64,000 nt of DNA from Podarcis melisellensis (taxonomy: Eukaryota): the NCBI GenBank assembly GCA_964234715.1, contig OZ174276.1. The stretch is one strand, 5' to 3'. Each line of letters starts with the position of its first letter. Within the stretch, counting starts at the first letter, position 1. The position numbers and the translations under genes are program-made. Shown here one piece after another: positions 24,513 to 35,353 of this stretch. Under the pieces are notes generated by a model that saw nothing but the letters and a program-made list of their open reading frames with translations, did no database searches and was not told where the DNA came from.

Positions 24513-25346
24513 GTGGCACCTTTATTCCTTATTGTAATGCTTTTTTTGCATTTGCAGTTTAAAATGGTGTCACTGGCTCATTTAATATCACACAGAAGTC
24601 AGAATATATATCTTGTAGTGAAATAAGAATAAAACTTGCATAAATTCTAAATTTGGACTCGTGCTCTGAAGACAAGAACTTCTTCATCCCAAAAGGCTCA
24701 GTGAAACAATCCTTTATTAGGCCGAATTTTACAAATCACTAAAGCTGCAATCTTGTACACACAAGCAACTAACTCTCATTGAACTTCATAAGCACTGTAA
24801 GGCTGCAATCCTGTAACCCTCTTAGTTGAGGGTGTTACCCCTTTAAACTCTCTGGTAGACAAAGACAGGATTGCACTTCAAGTGCAGAGGCAGATGCTGA
24901 TCTGCCCTAATCCTTTCCAGCGCAATCCTGTGCATGGCGGAGTTCTGCGTGGTTTACTTCCAGGTAAGTGTACCTAGGATTGCGCCCAAAAGCAAAATGG
25001 AAATGCCCGGGTAATGTGAGGCAAAACGGCAATCTTAAAACTCACCAGGTAGTGAGACACATTGAACTCAGGAGGATTTGCTTCTTGGCAGCAAACGGGC
25101 AAAACGAAAAGGTGTTGGGGGCTATTGAAGGTGAAGGCCTTGTCTCAGGATCGAGGAAGCGCTTGCCCAGGCGCGCTGCGCTCGGGCGCAAGAAGAGAAG
25201 CTCGTCCGCGGCAGCTAAAAATATCGCGCAATTTCCCTCTCGGCGCAGCCGCGACCTAACCCGCCCCCTTCTTTTCCTTTGCAGTTTCTGATTCGCAGCT
25301 CAGCTGAACTCCCACATCCGGCTGGTCCTCGCGCTCAGCCTCTCCC

Positions 25347-25359
25347 ATGGGCTCGCCAG
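25347..25359 (+). CDS. DTX3: DTX3 first coding segment (ATG GGC TCG CCA G), in a probable exon 25285-25359
   Basis: Acceptor cttttcctttgcAG (25283-25284) and donor CAG|GTacgg. The phase-1 end joins 30666 to give MGSP-V-SFVLSRMAACGG in frame. Local CpG-rich patch at about 25150-25390. Confidence 0.75.
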
Positions 25360-26465
25360 GTACGGTGCTGCGATCTCCGGCGCGGGGGAAGGAAACCTCT
25401 CTTTCTCTTTCTCTCCCTCTCTCTCTCTCTCCCTCTCCCTCTCTCCTGTGCTCTTGGGGTTCTTTTGTGTCCCAGGGACGTGAATTCCACATCCTCCCAT
25501 TTCTATGGCTCTGGAGATTAGCTCCAAAGGCCCCTTGACTCTGCCATTGACGCCTCGACGCAAAAGCACCCCTCTTCTTTCTGGGTAACTCCGGAGAAGG
25601 GACCAAATCAATTGCCGCTTAGCGTCAGGGCAAAGGTGATGGTGTCCTCTCTTTGGGGTGCTATGAGCCTAATCCTCTGCATGCCAGATTAGGAAGTGTT
25701 CTTTTCCACCCAGAGAGAAGGCCCCCCCCCCGAATTAACAAAGGAAAGCAGCAGGTAAGTTGCATGTGTGTCCAAGGGGTAAAACTGGCAGGAGTGGCAT
25801 TCCAGAATCCCTTAGTTAGGACTAATGGAACTTTCACGAAATAGTGAGCAAGTTTTTGAGGCCACTAGAATAATTCATTGGGCTGAACGTTAAGCAAAGG
25901 GGTAGGGGTAGGGGTTGGGTGGTGGGGAAACTGGCTTGGTTTTGGAGTAATAATGGTTGCATTGGTCAAAATTTGATTTTTGGTTGTATAGTCTTGGAGT
26001 GTATAGTACATGGGTATGAAGATTGCCTGAACATCAAAATTTAACACTATACCACTGCTGCGTGGTTCTGAGAACATTTGTGTGTGTGCGAGAGAGAAAG
26101 AGAGAGAGAGAGAGAGAAGGCAACAGGCAGACTTGCTATTTTCCCTCTAAACTTTGGGAAGGTAACTGTGCGCATCTCCCATGTGGCACATCCCCCCCCC
26201 CGCGCTTTTAGAGAGCAATGTGCTCTTCTTCATATCTCAGACATTGCTACAAGAGTTGGCAACCTGTATCCCTCCAGATGCCATTGGACTCCCAACTCCC
26301 ACCAGCCCCATCCAATACGGTCAATGGTCAGGGTTGATGGGAAATGGAGACCAGTAACATCTGGAGGGCCACGACCAGTGGCCCATCTCTAACCTCCTGG
26401 TCATGCCAAAGAGGTGTACTGTATCTTGAGTCTAGCTGGATGAAGGTGGCTGATTATTCTAACAC

Positions 26466-26590
26466 AGCCTTTGCCAGCCTTGTGCCCTGCAGATGTTTTG
26501 GACTGTAACTTCCACCAATTGCTGCTGAATGTGCTGGCTGGGGGCTGGTGGAAGTTGTAGTCTAAAACATCTGCAGGGCACAAGGCTTGC
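26466..26590. mobile_element. Short hairpin (foldback) non-autonomous DNA-transposon copy of an abundant family
   Basis: Arms agccttgtgccctgcagatgttttggact / agtctaaaacatctgcagggcacaaggct. Related copies at about 26260-26380, 30075-30200, 38790-38905, 50085-50190, 51880-52005, 59795-59885, 60890-61010 and 63120-63225. Confidence 0.75.
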
Positions 26591-27235
26591 AAAGTCTGCT
26601 TGAACAGGTCAATTTATTGTGAGTGTGTATTTGTCTAGGAACAAGAGTTGAGTTCTGCTGTTGGTTTCCGTCTGCCTATGAACTGTTTTTAATGCCCAGT
26701 TTTGAGAGTGTGGGGTGGTGATGGCGATTTATAAAAATGTTTGCTTGGAGGTATTAAAATGAAAACTCCAAAGTGCAGAAAAAAATGGGGCGGTGGAGCA
26801 GAACGTATAACTAAAATTAATGCATTGATTCATTTTAAATGTAAAGTCCAGATGCAGTGACCACCAACTGGATAGGGGCCACTATGTAGAAAGAAGACCG
26901 CTGCAAATCATAGACACTGGTCATAATGTTTCACACTTGTCACAATTCTGTTGCAGTTTCACCAGAGTTTTGTTAAATCCTTGCTTTAATGACTGCCTTG
27001 CCAGCTGATTATTACTCTCCATGTATTTTACATGGCATTCTTAACTGTATGTTATTCTGAGAATTTCTATGCCGCTCTTCAGAAAAGCAGGGGGGAACAC
27101 CATCAACCTCGGGGTGGCATACAATAAAATCACAGGGTCCTTTATCCCATTCTTCCTGAAAACAGCTATCTGTAATTGAGCATTTATTCACTTAAAAAAA
27201 AAAAGGTGAGGAAATGGACGAGGGTAATCCTAATT

Positions 27236-27479
27236 CAGGGGTCAGTAAACGTTTTCAGCAGGGGGGCGGTCCACTGTCCCTCAGACCTTGGGGGGGGGCG
27301 GACTATATTTTTTTGGGGGGAAATAAACGAATCCCTATGCCCCTTAAATAACCAAGAGATGCATTTCAAATAAAAGGACACATTCTACTCATGTAAAAAC
27401 ACGCTGATTCCCAAACCGTCCAGATTGAGAAAGTGATTGGGCCGGATCCGGCCCCTGGGCTTTAGTTTGCCTACCCATG
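27236..27479. mobile_element. hAT (Charlie-like) MITE with perfect 8-bp TSD
   Basis: Ends caggggtcagtaaac / gtttgcctacccatg. TSD tcctaatt at 27228-27235 and 27480-27487. Confidence 0.85.
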
Positions 27480-30400
27480 TCCTAATTGAACACAGCCTTA
27501 ACAAGGCTAGGATTGGACTCACTCTGAAAGGGAAGGGAATTCTCAGTGGTACAGTTAAATCATTTCAGACTCCGGGCTTGTAGCCCCCAGTCTGGGTTTA
27601 ATGATCTGGAGGAGAGGGGATGGTAAGGTGTATTACTTACATTTTGAAGTGAATTCAGTAAGCAAACCCTCTGCATTGGGGGGGGGGGTGGCCTTCCTAC
27701 CTGTTCTCCTGAGTGGAGCCCTGGTCTTCTGCCCAGTGGCCTTGCCTCGAGGGCACCACTTGCCACTGCCAAAGACACACCCAGTGAACTTGTCTCCGAT
27801 TCTGGAGATTGTTAGACTCCCAGGCACCAAAATTCCATTGTAACCCCATCAGGGCCAGGAAGAGTAGGGAATGCCTAGGGCAAATGGCAGTGGAGGCAGA
27901 TTTAGCAAGGGCCACTTCTCTGCTATTCAGCTTTGACTGTGTTAGGTAATTCAGGGGCAGGCTCCACCATGCATGGCTTCTGTGCTTGGAACAGAGGTCC
28001 TGGGCCAAGGGACTACAGTACATAAGATGAGCCTGCCTAGATCAGATTGATGTGGTCTAGCATTTGGCTCTCACAGTAGCCAACCAAATACCTATGGGAA
28101 GCCTGCAAGCAGGATAGCACACTTTCCACACATCATAACAGGAACAGCTTCAGGGGCAGCAGTTTTATTTTGCTTCTTATATTCTGGGAAATGACAAATT
28201 CAATGTCCTCTGGCCACTTACCTCCTTCCTCCAGCATGCATAGTAGGTATTTGATGGCTGCCTAATTTTAGTTAAGTTTTGTCTATTATTCAGGGTCATT
28301 CTCTTTCATACTTGCGGCTGTTATTTATTAATTTGTGGATCACCTTCCACATGCATTTCTCAAGGCACCACAACACAAAAAGAACAGAGTGTAGGTTTCA
28401 AAACATCACAGAATGAACATTTAGGCAGAAGCCTTTTTGTTTAGCTTGTTGAAACAAAAATAGTTTCAATTTTTCCCAGAAAGTACAGCTAGTGGGCACC
28501 TGTTGTGTCTTGACTGGAATACTTTCCCACAGAACAGAGGCAGCCACACTAGTGGTAACTCTTCTGAGTTCCATTGGAGCAGGCTTCTGATATCTGATGT
28601 GGGGAGCTTGAAGGAAAAACTCCCCTGTGGAACTCTGACTTACTGGGAATGTAAGAGATAAGGCAGTCTCTCGAGTAACCGGGTTGATCTGGATGAAACA
28701 ATAAAGCTGCCTCTGTCTTATCACATACTAAGGGCAGTTATGTCTAAGATGCCTGGCTACCCCAGGGTGCCCTGTGAGAATTGTGCTGGAGAAATCAGTG
28801 AAAGACATCAAAACAACAATTAAAAACAACAAATTATGCTGACATTATAGAAAGATAGGGAACAACTCCACAATGTCAAACATTTAAAAAGCAGCATTTT
28901 ATAGACTTGAAAAAGCAAACTTTTTGCAGGTGTTCTTTCAGTGATAACTTAATAAATAAATAAATAAATAAATGCAACCATTACCCCATTTCCAGATGTT
29001 TCAAAAACAGTTTATAAGAGAACAAGCTGAACTTTTTGAAGATGTCTTTTGAATAAATATGCTTGGGGTTGGAATATACTTTGGCTATTAAGAGCTGGGT
29101 ATATTCCACCTCCTCTGTCCTGTTAGGCTGTCTCTCTGGATTCCTCTCCAAGATGATGTCTCTCAAAAGGCTTTGAAATCTTTTTTACTAATCTTTTATT
29201 CCTCATGGATTGCTGGTGGGTTCTAATTACCCAGTAATGCTCTGCTTACGCTTGCCAAATGCCCCTTAAAGGAGCTTGGGAGTTGATAGTACAGATTTAT
29301 TTTGAAAGGCTTGTTGGCCATTTCAGAACAAGATCATAATGGATGTCCTTTATTTCAAAACCCTGCAGTCTTTATAGTTTAATAGTTGAATGCATGGGAC
29401 AATGTCCACTTGCACAGTGGGGTACTCCCCCCCCCACCTCCGCACCACCAAAATGTGCTCTGGAGGGTTGGGGGAACCCCTAGAACAGGTTTCGGCAGTG
29501 CACTTGGGAAGGAGAGAGGGGGCAGAGTCCTGTTGCACAAGTGGCTCTCGTTCCATGCATGCATACCCCACTCATGCATTCCACCCTTTGTGCTAAAGTC
29601 AGGGGGAAAGCCATGCCTTATTGTGCAGCTGATGTTTTAAACATTTGACTGCTTTCCACACCAATTGACTAGAAGGAAGTTGCAGTGTGGGAACGGCTGG
29701 TCACATGCCACAAAGTGGAAGTGCTCTGTGCATGACTCAGTATCCAGGGAAGACCCACAGCTTTGCATGGGGAAGGCATCCTATTCGATCCCTCCTGGCA
29801 TTTCCACTTAAAATATACCCTGGGAGCAGACAGGCCTCTGTTTAAGACCCTGTAGAGCTGTTTGCCAGCCAGGCGGTGCAAGGCCAGATGGCAAAGAGTG
29901 TGACCTTGTGAAAGGCAGCTCCCTGTGCTTGTTATGTCTCTTACCCTGCATCTTCATGGACTCAGAGAAATCAGGGTGGGGGGTGATAGGAAGCACAGCA
30001 ACACTGTGCAGCTGTAGGCTGGTCTTGAAACAAACAAAATCCAGGCAGTCCACTATAGCTGTAACCACTTAAATCAGGGATGGGGAGCCTGCACGCCTCA
30101 GACATTACTGGACTCCCAAATCCCATCATCCCTGACCACTGGCCATGCTGGCTAGGAATGATGCAAGCTGAAGCCCAACAAGAACGTGTGTAGGTTGACC
30201 CCCCCGCCCCATGGGGCTAAGTCTTCTGTCAGGGCAGAACTGCACATGATGCACACATACATCCCCTTCCTCTCCCCACCCGCTTCATAATAGTAAAACG
30301 AGCTGTTAAAATCCTGGGTTCCCCCAACCTAGTTAGATTTCTGATTATTCAAACATTCTGGGAGTGCTTGACACAGGGTTGTATTAAGATGGGATTAGGT

Positions 30401-30665
30401 AGTACGGATGTGTTGAATCAGAACAAAGACGAAGGGATTTTGAATATCTGGGGGTCTGCTAATGGGTTTCTAGTATATGTCATGCTCAGCAAAACCCAAA
30501 AAACTTTTATCAGAGCAGACCAATAACAGCCTTCAAGTCCTGACCAGCTTTGTTCTGATGATGAGAAGGGCTGAATGTGAGTGTCTGGTTGTCTTTAATC
30601 CTGCCTGGAGCCACTTTCTGCAGCTCTGATGACTCTCTTCTTCCTTTCTCTCTCTCTCTCTTCAG

Positions 30666-31399
30666 TATCATTTGTTTTATCCAGGATGGCCGCTTGCGGA
30701 GGCACCACCAAGAACAGGCTCACGGTAAATAAACACGTTTGGGACTTCTTGACCAAGGAAAGCCCAGCCAAGCTGGTTAAGCTGAAGGAGGAGAACAAGG
30801 TCGGCATCTTGATCGATGGCGAGACCTCCGAGATCTACGTGCTGCAGATCACACTGCCGGCCCACGGGCCGAGCAACGGCCTCTACCTGGCCCGCAAAGC
30901 CCTCAAAGCCCTGCTCAAGGAGACGGAGAAGGAGCTGAAGAAGGCCCAGCGCCAGAGCGAGCTGATGGGCTGCATGGCCTTAATGGAGAAGAGCCGAGAG
31001 CACGGCGCTGTGGAGCTCCACCGCCGAGGGGCTGCGTTGATATCCAGAGGGCAGCAGACCTCCGGGTCCAGAGTGGTCAGCGGCAGCGGAGGTGTGGCCA
31101 GCTGCTCGCGGGGAGGGGAGGAGGAACAGGACAGCCAGTGCCCCATCTGTTTGGGGGAGATCCAGAACATTAAGACTCTGGAGAAGTGCAAGCACTCCTT
31201 CTGCGAGGACTGCATCACCCGGGCCTTGCAAGTCAAGAAGGCCTGCCCTATGTGTGGGCGTTTCTATGGGCAACTGGTGGGCAACCAGCCGGAGAACGGG
31301 CGCATGCTGGTCTCCAAGGACTCAAGCCTGCTCCTCCCTGGCTATGAGAAATATGGCACCATCATCATTCAGTATGTCTTCCCACCTGGCATACAAGGA
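30666..31399 (+). CDS. DTX3: DTX3 main coding exon (734 nt): N-terminal domain, C3HC4 RING (31139-31255), start of DTC domain
   Basis: (ct)n ttcAG|TA...GGA|GTaagt. Encodes SFVLSRMAACGG..VWDFL..LIDGETSEIYVLQ..LYLARKALK..CPICLGEIQNIKTLEKCKHSFCEDCITRALQVKKACPMCG..GNQPENGRM..QYVFPPGIQG. Confidence 0.97.
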
Positions 31400-32145
31400 G
31401 TAAGTAGGGTTGATCTCTCTACCTGTATTCATGGCTGTTGTTGTGAGGGTCAGGGAAGTGTTGTCAAGGGGCGCATTCACTGCACTGAGACACATTGTGG
31501 CACATGCAGTGGAGGAGACGGCACCTAGTGTCAGGGCAAGGGGCATGTTTTGTCCCCCCCACAGCGGTACCCCCACATACACTGTTTATATATATATATC
31601 CTCATAAGTGAGTTGACTTTTGTGGGTCATGCTAAAAGGGGTTTCTGAGAAGCACCATTGGGATGGGAATCTGTTCCTGGTTGCCCCCTTGTTACTCGGA
31701 AGAAGGCAGCTTTGCCCCCCCCCCCCCAGCAATATTGTTTGCAGCCTTACTTTGCTCTATAGAACTTGATGGCAATTGGCAATCTGCTTCTGTCTGAAGC
31801 TGCCCCCCATCCCACACGCTTAATATTTCTTGACTGCAGTCCTGTGCACAGTCACATGGGAATGAGCCCTGCTAAATTCTGTGTAAACTTGCATAGGATT
31901 AGTCACCTATTATCATTGTCTGAGTGGGAGAGCAAGGCCAAACTCACTGGCTCTCTCGTCCGGTGTTGTGTTGGCTGCCAGCCCAGCCTCCCTGCTGTCC
32001 TCGTATTGTGTCTGAAGTGGGGAGCCTGCTGCATTCGCGTGGGCACAATTTAAGCCCCTGATTGCTCAGACTTCTAAATCCCACAAGGGCACGCAGAGCA
32101 GGCTTTCTGCTTCTGATTTCCCTAATCAATGCGTGAATTGTGACA

Positions 32146-32448
32146 GGGGCGTCATCCGCACTCTACATTTCAAGCAGTGTCATGCCACTTTCAACAGTCA
32201 TGGCTTCCTGCAAAGACTTCTGGGAGCTGTCGTTTGTTAAGGGTGCTGAGACCAGTATTCCCCTCAGGGAGCTAAAATCTCCACAGAGTTCCCTCTTCAA
32301 GTGTTTGTTAAGCCACTCTGGAAATTGTAGCTCAGTGAAGGGGATAGGGGTCGCCTAACAAACTACAGTTCCCAGGATACTTTAGGGGAACCCATAACTG
32401 TTTAAAGTGACATGATTCTGCTTTAATTGTATAGTTCAAGTGGGGCCA
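32146..32448. mobile_element. Long-TIR foldback MITE (possibly PIF/Harbinger-like)
   Basis: Arms cactctacatttcaagcag..cactttcaacagtcatgg / ccataactgtttaaagtg..ctgctttaattgtatagt. Related partial copies at about 10050-10625, 23700-24245, 41325-41570, 51170-51275 and 54745-54850. Superfamily uncertain. Confidence 0.6.
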
Positions 32449-34476
32449 GAGTGGGAACCGCCAGCAAGCACAGCCTTGGGGACAATTGTAGGTGCTACTA
32501 ACATGCAAAAAGGGCTATAGTGACAGGATTCCCTCTTCCTGGTGACTCCTAGTTCTGTGGGAGCTGGAGTGATAGGAAAATTCAGGGTCTAGAGACACCA
32601 TGAGGATTTGAGAGGAGTCTTGAAGCTGGACATTGGAAGGGGATGGGGAGTTTGTTCAGTTTCTGTATTGCCAGGGGTAGGGAATCTGTGGCTCACCATC
32701 ATGCCTGACTGTTGGCCATGCTGCCTGGGCTTGGTGGGAATCAAACGATGTTTGAAGGGCCACAGTTTTGTCCTGGGAGGTGGGGCTCAGTTGTGAAGAA
32801 AAACCTCTGAGTGGGTTGCATGTAGATTGAAGGTGAATGGTGTTTTCTCCTTCCTGGAGGGGAGCTGAGAACATAGGGTCCAGCAGTGTTTCCCAACCAG
32901 GGGCCCCAGGTGAAAATATTGTAAAGGGAGGGCCATTGCACAAGACTAGGGGGCTACAGAGGGAAGTGAAGAAAAGAGAGAAGTGACTGAGAAAAGAAAA
33001 AAGAAAGCAGAGAAGTAGAGTGAAGAGAGAAGTGACCGTGCTTCCCAGTGGATGGATTGCCAAAGTAAGTGCATGTGGCGATCCAGCCAGCCAAAGTAAC
33101 TTTCAGTCAAGAAAAACACAATTTTGGGATAAAGAGTACAATATTTAAAAAGTTTCCACAGCTTTGGGATAAAGCAAAATGGTTTTTCTTTTTTCTTAAA
33201 AAAAATTAACCACGCAAATATTTTATTATTAAAATAATTCAACATTAATACATACATATTACAAATATACAAACATACATTTCATACAATCCTTAAAAAT
33301 ATTCATACATACCCACACTCAATCCCACAGATACTTCCTTTTCCAAAATGGTTTTTCATGGCATTTCCTACTTTGTATTTGGTAGAATCTGGTGTGTGGA
33401 ATTTCATGAGTCTGCCCGAGGACATGTCTATAAACCTTAAAATTTTATATTTTATTGAGCTTTCACAGTGTCTTCTCTTCAGGTTCCCAGTGTGCAAATG
33501 GAAGCTCTGTTATTAGCAGCTGTTTTGTTTGCTACTGGAATAAAAATGCTTGTTGCAGTCAGTGGAGGATAATATAATAAAGTCCCAGAGTTGGTCAGGT
33601 GATTTTGGACTATGGACTTAATGGTCACACCATCCACAGAGTGGAGCCTCTTTTAGATGGTAGTGTGTGTTTATTCACTTGTTCCCAAATGTGACTGCTG
33701 CATTTGTGGGTCTTCCTGCTGGCTCTGCTAAGTGGCTCCCTGCCCTGCTGGCACCAATATAAAGTCATTTTTAATGGTATATGTTCAAGGTATAGTTTTT
33801 CCCCTTGCATTATTTCTGTTGATCCCAATGAACTCTCTTGATGGTATGTAGAATGCAAATGTGCATTCATTGAACTTTGGAAAATGTGCCAAGTAGTGTT
33901 TTTCTATTGCCACCCAATTAATTGTTGTACATTGCATTTATATTCCACCCTTCCTCAAAGGGACTTATATCCGCACAACAGCCCTGTGAGGTAGGAGTGG
34001 GCCTGAGAGATGGTGACGGGTAAAGAGTCTCCTCTCAGTGGGCTGCATGGCTAAGGGGAGGAGTCGGAGACCAAAGCTGGAGGTTCAGTCTGCCATATCC
34101 TCCTCGCTCTCATTCTGTGTGACTGTTCAGCTGCCCTGATCTTAATTACATGCACCTGGTCCCATGCACATCCCGATGCATCCATGGAGTGCTGCATTGT
34201 AGCAGAGAATGAAATCCTGCTTTGAAAGTGATAAATAGCCCATGTTTTGGTCTGCCCTCTTACTCCCCAAAAAATCTGGTAGAAGATTTAAAATGGCAGC
34301 TGAGGTGTGTCATTTTCCCTCCTGCTGCTGCCTTCAGGAATCCCGAAAATCTTTCTGCAGAGGACCAAGAGGCCTCAGTGGAAGCAGGGTGATCTAAACC
34401 ATGGTCAGCAGGCTCAGGATTAGAGCAGGCCCTTGTCCCTGGCTTCCCAACCCTTCCAGTTCACCAACCTTCTTAG

Positions 34477-34740
<264 letters not shown>

Positions 34741-35277
34741 TAAGGACCTGTCCTGGAGTAGTGGGGTGGGAGAGAGGGAGAGGGAGGGGAGATAAGTATG
34801 GTGGCATTGAAGGTTGGGTCACCAAGGGTAGGTGAGTACTTTAGAGGCTGCTTGGAAAAGGGTTCGGGTTCTCAGCAAGCTACTCCAAGAACCAGAACCG
34901 TGGGGTTTAAGAGACATTACAGAGTCCTCAGGAAGCTGGCATCAATAACCAAGAGCTTTCTCTGGCTCCATTAACATTCATCTTCTGTCACACGACCACT
35001 CTGGGACCCTTTTGCTCAAGGTCCAGGTGCGTAGTTGGTTTTCCTGAACCCCAGGGAAAGACGGGTGGGAGGTTGCTCAGGAGGCTGAGTTTTTGCCCCT
35101 GATATGCTAGTTTTCTCTGGGCAGTGAGTCCTCTCCACCCCCTCCCCCTCCCCACAGTTCCCCATGCTCAGTCAGAAGTGGGAAATCTGGAAAATCACTG
35201 ACCTAAGTGGTAAAACTCAGCTAAATTGCCAGGGCCTTGAAATAAGTTTATGACATTTGATCTCCGTTTCCCACCAG

Positions 35278-35353
35278 GTTTGGCTACCCTGATCCTACAT
35301 ACCTTGCTCGGGTGCAAGAGGAACTGCGGGCCAAGGGCATCACCAATGACTGA
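35278..35353 (+). CDS. DTX3: DTX3 last coding exon
   Basis: ttcccaccAG|G. Encodes (L)[24 protein letters not shown] then TGA (35351-35353). Total CDS 13+734+218+76 = 1041 nt (346 aa). Candidate AATAAA at 35764-35769. Confidence 0.97.

Noticed and set aside
30629-31528. 299-aa ORF taken as the whole DTX3 protein
   Set aside because: Both ends run into introns: the (CT)n acceptor tract at the start and sequence past the GTAAGT donor at 31400.
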